A DNA stretch of 64,000 bases from Escherichia phage PSa2. The notes beneath the pieces are model-generated. The model saw only the letters and a list, made by a program, of their open reading frames with translations, was not told where the DNA came from and made no database searches. A program made the translations under genes and the position numbers. Of the stretch, positions 1-9,707 are shown piece after piece. The stretch lies in sequence record OL770310. One strand, given 5' to 3'. Each line of letters opens with the position of its first letter. Position 1 is the stretch's first letter.

Positions 1-209
1 AGAGCTGTCTCTTTAATAGACTCCCACTGTTTGGGGTCTTTCAGAGGAAGTTCCTCTTCTTCAAACAGGTCTGTTCCATTTTCACTAACATCCCAGTTTT
101 CTTCCATGATTTCTTCTAGAAGCTCATGTTTAGAAAGACGAGTGTAGTCTCTAGCAGACTTGTGAGTGCTAGCACGGTTAAAATCATTCTTTGCAACGAA
201 GTTACGCAT
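1..209 (-). CDS. hypothetical protein, partial (N-terminus in window, continues past left edge)
   Basis: Manual reverse translation from ATG (complement of 207..209) gives MRNFVAKNDFNRASTHKSARDYTRLSKHELLEEIMEENWDV... with no stop to position 1; GGAG Shine-Dalgarno (SD) upstream at 213..216. Confidence 0.4.
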   Translation of the reverse strand, partial: MRNFVAKNDFNRASTHKSARDYTRLSKHELLEEIMEENWDVSENGTDLFEEEELPLKDPKQWESIKETA

Positions 210-250
210 AGTTTCTCCAAATAAGAGGGGCTTTCGCCCCCTGATTTAAA

Positions 251-466
251 TTACTTGCCAAGCAGTTTAAGGATATTTTCCTTAATAGTTTGAGCAGATT
301 TTTCACTCTTATTGGTTTCAGCCAGTTTCAGAGCGAGTTCTTCCTGCTGTTTCTGAATATCAGCAGCAGTTTTCTGATCAGCTTCAATACGAGCTTGAAG
401 TTCGTCAGTAATAGTGGTAAAGGAAGCAACGATTTCAGTAACGGAACGTGGTTTCTTAGAGAACAT
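251..466 (-). CDS. hypothetical small protein (ORF track 251..523; likely start at internal Met MFSKKPRS)
   Basis: ORF track; the first 19 codons overlap the hairpin at 505..518, so the internal ATG is preferred. Confidence 0.45.
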   Translation of the reverse strand: MFSKKPRSVTEIVASFTTITDELQARIEADQKTAADIQKQQEELALKLAETNKSEKSAQTIKENILKLLGK

Positions 467-526
467 AAAATATCCTTGATTAGTCAGAGAAAGAGTTAGT
501 ATATGGGGCTTTCGCCCCATCAATCA

Positions 527-1051
527 TTACTTCGCTTTACGCTTACGAGCAGGTTTAGCGGATTTAGCGGATTTACGATCAGAAGCACCAGTAAACTTAA
601 TACCGATACCATAGCACAGAGCGCGAACGTTGTCACGGCTATACTCTACCCCGAAGATATTCGGTTTAATGGAGCCAAACTGTCCACGGGATTCACGCAT
701 TACGTCGGCCATTGGCTTACGCTTCTGATTGACTGCTTTTTCGTAGTCTTTCAGAGCCATACCGTTGCGGGCGAACATCTCAGCACCGCCGTTAAAGCTC
801 AGAGTTACCGGTACAGACTTATGACCTTCACCCTTGATGAACACAACCTGCTTAGCAGTTGCGCGAGTAGAGTTCTTGGCCTTCGGCTTCTGGCGAACCG
901 GAGCCGCAGACTTCAGGGCAGTCTGAGCCTGAGCATCAGTAGGATGCTTACGCAGATGACGTTCCAGACGAGCCTTACGATTGGCTTCGGTCTGAGCGAA
1001 AGTTTTAACTGCCGGAGCTGCCTGAGTTTTTGCGTTTTTCTGCTTAGCCAT
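527..1051 (-). CDS. hypothetical basic Lys/Ala-rich protein
   Basis: 174 aa ORF with lysine-rich tails (KAKNSTRATAK, SAKSAKPARKRKAK); no recognisable catalytic motif. Confidence 0.55.
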   Translation of the reverse strand: MAKQKNAKTQAAPAVKTFAQTEANRKARLERHLRKHPTDAQAQTALKSAAPVRQKPKAKNSTRATAKQVVFIKGEGHKSVPVTLSFNGGAEMFARNGMALKDYEKAVNQKRKPMADVMRESRGQFGSIKPNIFGVEYSRDNVRALCYGIGIKFTGASDRKSAKSAKPARKRKAK

Positions 1052-1134
1052 TATTTGTTTTCCTTTTTGTTGATCAATTTATGAGATATATTATACGAAA
1101 TTTTGAAGCGTTTAGCAAATGAATTTTTTAAAAA

Positions 1135-1413
1135 TTATCTGCCGATCATCTTAGCTTGTTCCTCACTGAAAACGTACTGATAACCACCCTTGTTATATGC
1201 AGGAGCAGTACACAGTTTCTTGCGCTCAATTTCTTCTTGAGCTTTGCGTTCCCTTTCGGCTAATTCTTCATCTAGGTAAACTAGACGTTGCTCCGGAGGT
1301 GGTGGAAGCCTAGTTTCTGGCTCACCAATATTTGCCTTTCTGATCTGACGCGGAGATTGTGCGCGTTTTCTCAAAGGTTTAAATCCTAATGAATTTGAGT
1401 TGTAAATTCGCAT
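1135..1413 (-). CDS. hypothetical protein
   Basis: 92 aa ORF in a co-oriented gene string. Confidence 0.45.
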   Translation of the reverse strand: MRIYNSNSLGFKPLRKRAQSPRQIRKANIGEPETRLPPPPEQRLVYLDEELAERERKAQEEIERKKLCTAPAYNKGGYQYVFSEEQAKMIGR

Positions 1414-1489
1414 AAAGCCCTCCTCACTTTCAATACGAATATTATACTAAATTCGAGGGCTTTAAGCAAGTGAATTTTTAAATTATTTA

Positions 1490-1978
1490 TTACATCTCAG
1501 CAAGTTCTTGCTCAGTAATTACAGTATTGCATAGAGCATCAACTTCTTCATTACCACGAATACCTGAGTGACCTTTAACCTTAACAAAGGTTGGATTGGT
1601 ATCATGGAAGTTAATATACTGTTGAGTTAGTTTAAATGCTTCTTGCCAGAGTTCTAGATTAAGAGGAGTTTCACCATCTCCCTTCTTCCAGCCTTTCTTC
1701 TGCCAAGACCACATCCAGCTTTCCATACCATTTTTGCAGTAAGCAGAATCAGTATAGATAATTACTGGACGATTATCTTTCTTAGTAGACCAACGAAGAA
1801 CTTCTACAATTGCAGTGAGTTCCATTTCGTTATTAGTAGTTTTAGGACTGAAGCCGGATTTAGATCCGATACGATCATCATTATCATTATAGACAACGAA
1901 TCCCCATGCACCTAACCCAGGATTGCCTTTACATGCACCATCTGTATATATGTGGAAAACTGACATTATTTGCTCCAA
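1490..1978 (-). CDS. rnh: ribonuclease H (RNase HI family)
   Basis: HIYTDGACKGNPG...GAWGFVV, ELTAIVEVL, IYTDSAY, KGHSG...EEVDALC: the RNase HI carboxylate/His signature. Confidence 0.85.
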   Translation of the reverse strand: MEQIMSVFHIYTDGACKGNPGLGAWGFVVYNDNDDRIGSKSGFSPKTTNNEMELTAIVEVLRWSTKKDNRPVIIYTDSAYCKNGMESWMWSWQKKGWKKGDGETPLNLELWQEAFKLTQQYINFHDTNPTFVKVKGHSGIRGNEEVDALCNTVITEQELAEM

Positions 1979-2235
1979 TCAATTTCAAGCCAAAAACCTT
2001 CACGCTGCTCATACTTAGCTTCCACAACATAACCTAGTTTACTAAGTTTTTGCATGACGCTATTTCTAGCGTTTTCTGAGTATTCAGTCAGTCCCTGGAT
2101 GTGGCAATTAAATTCTTTATCTTTGATGGCTTTGTCAATCTCTACGGCAATAAGTGACTCTAAGTCAATTACTTCCTTTTTAATACTAGCAATAGTATTT
2201 TGTTTTGCTTCTAAAGCAGATAAAAGAATAGACAT
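1966..2235 (-). CDS. hypothetical protein
   Basis: 89 aa ORF, start/stop coupled to neighbours. Confidence 0.45.
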   Translation of the reverse strand: MSILLSALEAKQNTIASIKKEVIDLESLIAVEIDKAIKDKEFNCHIQGLTEYSENARNSVMQKLSKLGYVVEAKYEQREGFWLEIDWSK

Positions 2236-2237
2236 AT

Positions 2238-2816
2238 TTATTCTCCAATTACTAAAACATCATGTTGGGAAGATACACCACACATATAATCTGCACAATG
2301 CGTAAAAGCCAGATCAATGATTTCAAATATATCATCTACATCTAAATCTGTGGCTCGACAATCCGCAATAGCTAAACCTGTACGAATACTGGAAAGTACA
2401 TCTTCTCCTCCACAGCCTACACCGGCATATTCAACTTCTAGAATAGAAGCATTAGATTGGAAAATAAAGATTCTTCCTTTGTAGAGCATAATAAATTGTC
2501 CCAGATTAGGTTCAGCATATTTTTCATTTTTCTTTTCGCCAAAGTCTTTCTGGTTAAACATATCACGTAATTTAGGTACTATTTCCGTATATAAATATTT
2601 ATCATCGGAAATATCTGCTAAACGTGGTGGTACAGTAAAGCTATGCTCTAGTAATTGTCCCATGTAGAAGGAACTAGTGTATCCGAAGTACAAATCATCA
2701 GAGATTTTGAATACTTTCGGATTTTTAACCAGCAGTTTCGTATAGCCATTAGAACCCATACGATCACCAGCTAAGTATACTTTATCTTTATATTTAAATG
2801 CTACTATGGCTGTCAT
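2238..2816 (-). CDS. HslV/proteasome-like Ntn-hydrolase fold protein
   Basis: N-terminus MTAIVAFKYKDKVYLAGDRMGSNGYT...KVFKISDDLYFGYTSS resembles HslV (TTIVSVRRNG.VVIAGDGQ...KVRRLYNDKVIAGFAGG) with Thr at position 2 as candidate nucleophile. Pattern match only. Confidence 0.45.
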   Translation of the reverse strand: MTAIVAFKYKDKVYLAGDRMGSNGYTKLLVKNPKVFKISDDLYFGYTSSFYMGQLLEHSFTVPPRLADISDDKYLYTEIVPKLRDMFNQKDFGEKKNEKYAEPNLGQFIMLYKGRIFIFQSNASILEVEYAGVGCGGEDVLSSIRTGLAIADCRATDLDVDDIFEIIDLAFTHCADYMCGVSSQHDVLVIGE

Positions 2817-2914
2817 TATTAAATCCTTCTGTCAAATTAGAAGTATATTATATTTGAATTTCACTCAGTAAGCAAATGAAATTTAAATATAATAGCCCCG
2901 AAGGGCTATTTGAA

Positions 2915-3268
2915 TTAGATTATAATCAAGATTATTAGAGCGTATGTCAGATAATGCAGTAACTGATCAAATCCTAAAGCTATCCAAAACTTAGCATCGC
3001 TTATAGCGTATTTACAGCGTTGTGCTTTCCAATAATCTATAATAAAGTGTAGAATTAATTCCATAATAGCTAAAGCTATAGACATTCCTGGTGATGTGAA
3101 TAGGATTAGAATTGCAAATGTTAATCCAGCATGTACTAGCGAATGGGTTAATAATGGAAGTTTCCACCCTATTTTATGCGTCTTTCTTAGCATATATGGT
3201 GTTTGGAGTGGATAATCGGCCATAAAATGTTTTAGAAAGAATATGACAAATAATAGTATAATTAACAT
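2915..3268 (-). CDS. small integral membrane protein
   Basis: 117 aa, strongly hydrophobic with 3-4 predicted transmembrane (TM) helices. Confidence 0.5.
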   Translation of the reverse strand: MLIILLFVIFFLKHFMADYPLQTPYMLRKTHKIGWKLPLLTHSLVHAGLTFAILILFTSPGMSIALAIMELILHFIIDYWKAQRCKYAISDAKFWIALGFDQLLHYLTYALIILIII

Positions 3269-3271
3269 ATG

Positions 3272-4126
3272 CTACACCGTAAATGGATATGCAATAGCAG
3301 GATGGTGTTCATAGCCACGAACAGTAAAATCATCCTTACTTACCCACGTTAATACATCATCCAAAGTTCTAATATTTGGATTGATTTCTAAAGTAGGAGG
3401 TGCAAAAGGTTCACGATCGAATTGCTTGTGCTCCATCAGAACATTATACTGATCTTCATAGATATGAAGATTGATAATCTTTTGACGAGCAATACCTGGC
3501 TTAAGACCTGTAATCTGTGCCATAATAGCTAGAAGTGCATAGCATTGTACCATATTAAATACTTGGCCCAGCAAGAAATCATTAGACCTCTGGAAAGAGT
3601 TTAGGTATAGTGTATCACCTAAAATAGAGAATTGATGGGTATGCATACACGGACGTAGGCATCCTTTACGAAATTCCCCAGGGTTCCAAAAAGTTAAAAT
3701 TTCTCCACGATCGTCAATCCCTCTTTTCAAATTATGATAGACTTTGGCTAACTGATCAAATACCATACCATCAGAATTAGTCCAATGACGTCCTTGAACA
3801 CCATAGACTCGTCCCATATCATCTTCGCCTTTACGGAATGGATTACCTAGCCAGGCAATATTTTCATTTGCATTAGCATTCCATGTATTAACACCAATAG
3901 CGCGGAATTGTGCTGCTGAGTCGTACCCACGGAGATATCCGATCATTTCCATTATTGCTTGTTTAGCAAATGCTTTACGAGTAGTTACTAGCGGCAGTTC
4001 TCCTGCTCCTACGTTAAAGGTAAAGTCTGCATCAATAATGGTTAGGCAACGAACCCCCGTTCTAGGATTCGTTACCCATACACCCTCTTCTAGAATACGT
4101 TTTCCAGTTTCAATATATTGCTTCAT
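3272..4126 (-). CDS. thyA: thymidylate synthase
   Basis: Conserved ThyA motifs including active-site region [10 protein letters not shown] and [20 protein letters not shown]; ATGA overlap with the downstream gene. Confidence 0.9.
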   Translation of the reverse strand: MKQYIETGKRILEEGVWVTNPRTGVRCLTIIDADFTFNVGAGELPLVTTRKAFAKQAIMEMIGYLRGYDSAAQFRAIGVNTWNANANENIAWLGNPFRKGEDDMGRVYGVQGRHWTNSDGMVFDQLAKVYHNLKRGIDDRGEILTFWNPGEFRKGCLRPCMHTHQFSILGDTLYLNSFQRSNDFLLGQVFNMVQCYALLAIMAQITGLKPGIARQKIINLHIYEDQYNVLMEHKQFDREPFAPPTLEINPNIRTLDDVLTWVSKDDFTVRGYEHHPAIAYPFTV

Positions 4127-4653
4127 TTAAATATCACCAATTCTTGTAAGAAAGAAAGTGTTTTATCTGCATTCTGTCCTGCTACATAGTCCATTCTAGT
4201 TGCCATTGAATTAGTTAAAGTAATGTGATGATGCAGATGTACATCAGCAGATAATGGTGTAGCTGAAGTAATAGTAGAGATATACGCCATATCTAGATGA
4301 TTTTTGACATACATTTCAAGAAGCAGAGTTGCTCCCCCTAATACTACAGTTACTTCTTCCTTGAGGAAATCAGGTAGACTGTATCCAATGTTACTTATGC
4401 GTGTGGCTGATCCTACAGAGTTAGGTAGTGGTCTATTTGCATAAATAAATAGGTCAGAATCTCCTAGTATTCTTTTTTGCAGAGTCTCAGGGAATGCTAA
4501 CCAAGTTCCTGCTCCTACAATAATATTGTCAGGTGCTAGAGAATCCAAAGTAGCATAGAAGATATCTAGTTCTTCTTTGAAAGAACCCCAAGGGAGCTTA
4601 CCATTGAGGCCGAACTCCCCATTCGGCCCAGTTGCATAGATTGCTGCTATCAT
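4123..4653 (-). CDS. frd: dihydrofolate reductase
   Basis: 176 aa between thyA and nrdB; N-terminal [22 protein letters not shown] resembles the DHFR NADPH/folate-binding start. Confidence 0.7.
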   Translation of the reverse strand: MIAAIYATGPNGEFGLNGKLPWGSFKEELDIFYATLDSLAPDNIIVGAGTWLAFPETLQKRILGDSDLFIYANRPLPNSVGSATRISNIGYSLPDFLKEEVTVVLGGATLLLEMYVKNHLDMAYISTITSATPLSADVHLHHHITLTNSMATRMDYVAGQNADKTLSFLQELVIFK

Positions 4654-5798
4654 TAGAACATATCCTCAAATTCGTTGCCAAGATCTTTCAGAGTATCAGC
4701 AGAGGTTTCAGTTACTTGACCTACACGGTACGCTGCACCAATCTGAATCTCTTGCGGAGCAGGTTGTAAAGATGTAGTATCCAACCAGTTCATAATCCAC
4801 GGAATAGGGTTCTTAGTAATTACAGGTAAGTGGCTTGGCCATTCTACACCAATGTGCATAAATGCGTTACGTCCTACAAAGTAAAGGTATTCTTCAAGCA
4901 GTTCTGCATTCAAACCAATCAGACTGCGGCCTTTAAAAATAAAGTGACCCCATTCAATCTCAGTTTTCAGAGTTTTCAGGAGTTGTGCTGGTGCTTTAGC
5001 TAATGCTTCATCTACCAGATCTTTATCAAACTGCTGGAACATAATCTGGATGATAGCTTTAGACATTTGAGTATGCAGAGCTTCATCTTTAGCGATTAAT
5101 TGCAGGTTCTTAGCAATACCTTGCAGAATATCGTTCTCTGCTAGAGCAAAGGTACATGCAAAAGATGCGTAGAACTGCATTGCTTCCAGACCGTAGATTG
5201 CAAAGTAAGCATCTAACAGCTTAGCCTGAGTTTCACGTTTAACTTCAGGGAACTCAGTTTCTGGATAAGTATTATCACCCTGATGATCACGTACTGCAAG
5301 GAAATACTGACCTAACAGATACAATTCATCAAACAGTTCAACAGAATCTGCGATACGTGCAAATGCTTCTTGGTTTTTAGTTACAGAATCAATAAATTCT
5401 GCTGGGTCAGTCAGAACGTTACGAATAATGTTACTATACGCACGGCTATGTAGATCTTCGAAGTAGCTCCACTGCTTGAGCATACCTTCCAATTCAGGAC
5501 GGCTTACAAGTGGCATAATAGCTGCCTCAGGAGCACGACTAATGAAAGAATCTGTTTGAGTTTGCCACGCTAAGTTCAGGAGAGTAATTTCCTGGATATC
5601 ACGCGGAAGGTTTGGCCATTGTTTCTTATCAGCTTCCAGACTGATTTCAGTTTCAGTCCAAAATTGAGAACGTTGCAGAAGTGCTAGACGCTCAAGTTCA
5701 GGATGTGCTACACGAACGTAATCTGCGATACCAAGAGAATCGCCCAGGAAAAGGTCAGCGTTAGTATGATCCCAATTCAGGTTTAGTAAAGTAGTCAT
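4653..5798 (-). CDS. nrdB: ribonucleotide reductase class Ia small subunit
   Basis: 381 aa ferritin-like protein immediately downstream of nrdA; typical NrdB length and helix-rich sequence. Confidence 0.85.
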   Translation of the reverse strand: MTTLLNLNWDHTNADLFLGDSLGIADYVRVAHPELERLALLQRSQFWTETEISLEADKKQWPNLPRDIQEITLLNLAWQTQTDSFISRAPEAAIMPLVSRPELEGMLKQWSYFEDLHSRAYSNIIRNVLTDPAEFIDSVTKNQEAFARIADSVELFDELYLLGQYFLAVRDHQGDNTYPETEFPEVKRETQAKLLDAYFAIYGLEAMQFYASFACTFALAENDILQGIAKNLQLIAKDEALHTQMSKAIIQIMFQQFDKDLVDEALAKAPAQLLKTLKTEIEWGHFIFKGRSLIGLNAELLEEYLYFVGRNAFMHIGVEWPSHLPVITKNPIPWIMNWLDTTSLQPAPQEIQIGAAYRVGQVTETSADTLKDLGNEFEDMF

Positions 5799-5904
5799 TG
5801 ATTTTCCTCTTTCTCACTATTTCAGGAATATTATAGCAAATCTGGTAGCGATTAGCAAGTAAAATTTCAAAGAAAAAGGAGACCCGAAGATCTCCTTGTT
5901 TTTA

Positions 5905-8235
5905 TTACAGGTTACAACCACCTGATGCACAACCTGCTGCTTCTTCACCAGCTCCACCACCATTTTCAGTGTTGAAGTTAGCGTAGTACCAAGTTTTCCA
6001 ACCGTACTTAACAGCAGTCATGAAATCACGAACTACTACTGGACCAGGAATGATTTCATTCTCAAACTTGGTGTAGTCATAGTACATATTTGTACTGATA
6101 GACTGACTGAAAAATTTCTGCATGGTTGCTACCCATTTGATCCACTCGATACGATCTACATCATAAGCCAGTTTATAGCTCATTAATGTATCCCAATTAG
6201 TTGCACCTGGAGCAATTGCAATTACTTTATTCACTGCACTACCCTTGATAGATACGATCTTACGAGGCGGTTCGATAGAGTTAGTAACACCTAGCAGTAC
6301 AGAGGAACTTTCACCTGGCATCTGAGCAGTCAGAACAGAGTTACGCATACCATATTTCAGAATATCTGCACGCAGAGATTCCCAATCCATTTCTAGACCT
6401 ACAGTTACCAGTTCATCAACAGTTTTCTTATACGTGTCGATTACCAGAGTTCCTTGTGAAGGCTTAGTACGATTAAACCAGTCACATGCACCCTGTTCTT
6501 TGGCCAGACGTACAGAGGCTTTGTGCAGGAAGTAGGACAGCTTTTCAGCTTCACGGTGAATCCAGTTACGTGCTTCAACACCTTCGTAAGCCAAACCTTC
6601 TGCTGCCATTGCACCTGCTGCGTTCATCAGACCAATACCAACGTTACGACGTTTCTTAGCCGTGTATTCCATAGTTGGGAATGGATAATCCTGAATCTCA
6701 ATGATTGTATCAACGAATTTCAGAAGGATGTAGCAAGTTTTCTCCCATTCAGCCAGAGATTCCATGCGGCCTAGTACAACACCACCTAAGTTACACAGAG
6801 ATACTTCACCAATATCTTCTGGACGCATATCGTCTAACTGATCTTGGGTTTTATACAGTTCCGTAACGTGATGGAATGGACGGGTTGGCTGAGTAATTTC
6901 AACACAAAGGTTGGTCATACGAATCGGGTCAAGGAAGTTACCATGACGGTTAGATTCACCAATGTGATGAGCATACATACGCCCTGTTTCCATACGGATA
7001 CGTAACCAAGTATCTAGGATTTCTTTTGCAGAGATTCTAGGAGCTGCTGGAATTGTTTTTCCTTCGTGGTCGATCTTTGTAAGAGATGCCACACGTTTCT
7101 CCGCTGCCACGTAGATTTCTTCAAACTTAGCCTCATCTTCACCATAAAACGCTTCATGAACTTCTGGTGCGTAGAAGTAGGACATTAGCGTAATATCTTC
7201 GTTTTTCAGGTAACGTTTTAACAGAAGGTTGTTAAAGCTCAGAGAATAATCCATCTTATCGATTTTATTCTCGTCTGTAGCACGTTGCTGCTTAACCTGC
7301 ATCAACTGAATGATTTCAGGATCGAAGTATGGATAAGACACAGTAGCAGAACCGCCACGGGTTTGCTGAGTGTTAGCTTTTACTGAACGGTCAATGTGTC
7401 GATAATATGGCAGTTTTCCGGAATGCGGGAATGCCCCATTTCGCACCGGATCAGCAATTGATCGGCTTTCAAGATGATACCCGATTCCCGCTCTGGCTGC
7501 GACCATTTTGAAGACGATATGCTCGGCTGTGTCGATTGAATCGAGGGTATCAGTACTATCAACAAGACAACAAGAAGCAAAACCGCGGTCGCTGCTCCTA
7601 AGACCCACGAGAGGTGGAGTCGGCACGTTGATTTTATGGAGTGACATTGCGTTGTAGAGGTCGATTGCATCGAGAATTGTCCAGTTAGGTTGAGATAACA
7701 TCGCCATTGCCATACCCATATAGGCAAACTGCGGGGTTTCATAAATTTCACCAGTTGCAATATTACGACGAGAATACTTGTCGAAGAACTGTTTCAGTCC
7801 ACCACTGGTGAATAAACGATCACGATCATGATCAATAACTTGGTTCAGAGCGTCAAACTGATCATCGCTAATCCATGCACTCATGTCTTCCCAAGCGCCT
7901 GCACGAACCATATGATCGTGGAAGAAACGCAGAGAAGGAGGTTCAAAGGAATCATATAGGCGTTTACGCATCTGCGCAAGACGTAATTCCTTTGCTACAG
8001 TATCATATGCTGGGTTGTCTTTGATAAGACCTTCAGCGGCTTTAATTAACACATCTTGGAGTGTATCGGAGTCTACAACACCTTTGGGTAGATTTTTCAG
8101 GGCAGCCATAACTACGGCAGACCAACTTACGTCAGTATCTTTACATGCCCATGCAGCCCAATCATTGAGTTTTTCAGGAGCAAAGTCCTGAACAGTACCG
8201 TCACGTTTAATTACTTTTTCGATGCGATGGCTCAT
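5905..8235 (-). CDS. nrdA: ribonucleotide reductase class Ia large subunit (ORF track start 8295; SD-supported start 8235)
   Basis: ATP-cone-like N-terminus (VIKRDGTVQDFAPEKLNDW), barrel motifs, C-terminal Cys pair (CASGGCNL). AAGGAAA SD precedes the Met at 8235. Confidence 0.9.
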   Translation of the reverse strand: MSHRIEKVIKRDGTVQDFAPEKLNDWAAWACKDTDVSWSAVVMAALKNLPKGVVDSDTLQDVLIKAAEGLIKDNPAYDTVAKELRLAQMRKRLYDSFEPPSLRFFHDHMVRAGAWEDMSAWISDDQFDALNQVIDHDRDRLFTSGGLKQFFDKYSRRNIATGEIYETPQFAYMGMAMAMLSQPNWTILDAIDLYNAMSLHKINVPTPPLVGLRSSDRGFASCCLVDSTDTLDSIDTAEHIVFKMVAARAGIGYHLESRSIADPVRNGAFPHSGKLPYYRHIDRSVKANTQQTRGGSATVSYPYFDPEIIQLMQVKQQRATDENKIDKMDYSLSFNNLLLKRYLKNEDITLMSYFYAPEVHEAFYGEDEAKFEEIYVAAEKRVASLTKIDHEGKTIPAAPRISAKEILDTWLRIRMETGRMYAHHIGESNRHGNFLDPIRMTNLCVEITQPTRPFHHVTELYKTQDQLDDMRPEDIGEVSLCNLGGVVLGRMESLAEWEKTCYILLKFVDTIIEIQDYPFPTMEYTAKKRRNVGIGLMNAAGAMAAEGLAYEGVEARNWIHREAEKLSYFLHKASVRLAKEQGACDWFNRTKPSQGTLVIDTYKKTVDELVTVGLEMDWESLRADILKYGMRNSVLTAQMPGESSSVLLGVTNSIEPPRKIVSIKGSAVNKVIAIAPGATNWDTLMSYKLAYDVDRIEWIKWVATMQKFFSQSISTNMYYDYTKFENEIIPGPVVVRDFMTAVKYGWKTWYYANFNTENGGGAGEEAAGCASGGCNL

Positions 8236-8358
8236 TTGGCTTTCCTTTTTGTAGTTATCAGGATTTAGGAAATATTCTACTTTGTTTTGGGTCATTTTGC
8301 AAGTACAATTTTACAGATAAAAAGAGCCCGGATATTTTCATACCCAGGCTCGTCTGTC

Positions 8359-8601
8359 TTACCATTTAAGTTTATCGGCTTGATCAAGTAACTGCTGTCG
8401 TATTTCTCGGTTAAAGAGAATATCTACAGAAGTACTTAGTTCATTATAGTTGAAAGGCCGATTTGGATTAGAGGCTACAATTTTCCACGCTAGGGTAGTC
8501 TTAGGACTTTCTTCCCCTTCCTTACGTGTAATCATATTAGCAGCACTCAATGAAGTACGGTGGATCTTAGTTTTGCGGTGCAGATGTACGACGTTTCCCA
8601 T
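8359..8601 (-). CDS. hypothetical protein
   Basis: 80 aa ORF between phoH and nrdA; no CxxC, so not an obvious glutaredoxin. Confidence 0.4.
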   Translation of the reverse strand: MGNVVHLHRKTKIHRTSLSAANMITRKEGEESPKTTLAWKIVASNPNRPFNYNELSTSVDILFNREIRQQLLDQADKLKW

Positions 8602-8602
8602 A

Positions 8603-9355
8603 TTACACCTTCCCCATATCCTTAAAGATATCGTAGAATGCTTTAGACTCTGGTGAGCGAACGTTGTCGATCAGTTCGATCATAGAGAAAGGAGAGTTTT
8701 CGTACTTCTCATAGACTTCCATAAGAAGTGCTAGACCTGAATCACCCTTGATGTCTTTCTGAGCTATATCCCCACAGATAATTAAACGACAATCTTGTCC
8801 TACACGAGTCAGGAGACAGATCATTGCTTCAACGGAGATATTCTGAGCTTCATCGACAATAACATAGGAGTTGTTGAAAGTTCGGCCACGGGCATGTTCG
8901 ATAGCCAGGAATTTGATTTTCTGACGTTCGACATATCCTTTGTAGGCGTGATCACCGATTGCCCATTTCATGCCATCGGCTATTGGTTCCAACCAAGGCT
9001 CTAGCTTTTCTGCTAGATCACCTGGGAGCATACCAAGAGATTTACCTAGAGGTTCGTTCGGACGCACGAGGATCACTTGCTCAATATCTGAGTGAATGTC
9101 TACGAGTTCCTGAGCTGCAATAACGGATGGAATAAAGGTTTTACCAGTACCTGGTTCACCAATACCCACAGTCACTGTGTTGTTCTTGATCATATTGATA
9201 TATGATTTTTGCTCACGGTTTTTACCAACTAGGGATTTAGCAACTGGATTGGCGTAATCACCAGAGAAATCTGCTTGAATTACGTTACTCTCATACTTGT
9301 TGCCACGCTTTCTTGAACCATTGCGGTTCTCTCTTTTTTGACGTGCTTTTCCCAT
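8603..9355 (-). CDS. phoH: PhoH-like ATPase
   Basis: Walker A GEPGTGKT, Walker B IVDEAQN. The ATG at 9355 is preceded by AGGAG; the track start at 9364 is a GTG. Confidence 0.85.
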   Translation of the reverse strand: MGKARQKRENRNGSRKRGNKYESNVIQADFSGDYANPVAKSLVGKNREQKSYINMIKNNTVTVGIGEPGTGKTFIPSVIAAQELVDIHSDIEQVILVRPNEPLGKSLGMLPGDLAEKLEPWLEPIADGMKWAIGDHAYKGYVERQKIKFLAIEHARGRTFNNSYVIVDEAQNISVEAMICLLTRVGQDCRLIICGDIAQKDIKGDSGLALLMEVYEKYENSPFSMIELIDNVRSPESKAFYDIFKDMGKV

Positions 9356-9428
9356 AAATAACACTCCTATAGTGTACTTCGCTAACAGAGGATCAACAAA
9401 AAGATCTTGTTTATCAACTTACAAATAT

Positions 9429-9457
9429 ATTATACCAATATATGCGGGAGAAAGCAA
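9429..9457 (-). promoter_or_regulatory. sigma70-type promoter for phoH operon (TTGCTT-N17-TATAAT)
   Basis: Reverse complement reads TTGCTT, 17 nt spacer, TATAAT, then ATATATTTGTAAGTTGATAAACAAG resembling the plus-strand leader module. Confidence 0.55.
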
Positions 9458-9649
9458 CTACAATTTTAAATAAGCCTATGATATTGCATTTAAATAAAAA
9501 ATTTGCTTGCTTTTATTGGGAGATGTATGGTACTAGATAATCATTTTATATCGCGTACACGGGCGCGTGATTATACTATTTTTAATAGAGGTTGGCAAAT
9601 AAAATTTTTTGACTCAGATCAATTTACAGAATGTTATAGTAAAATATTG

Positions 9650-9678
9650 TTGACATCCGCCTTCGAATGAGTTATAAT
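9650..9678 (+). promoter_or_regulatory. consensus sigma70 promoter upstream of nrdD (TTGACA-N17-TATAAT)
   Basis: Perfect -35 and -10 hexamers with 17 nt spacer; AGGAGGG SD at 9697..9703, ATG at 9708. Confidence 0.65.
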
Positions 9679-9707
9679 AGTAGTCTTAGTTAGAGAAGGA
9701 GGGTATA

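Noticed and set aside
6523-7760. ORFs 6523..6774 (+) and 7380..7760 (-) within nrdA
   Set aside because: Internal or alternative-frame ORFs inside a well-supported RNR large-subunit gene.
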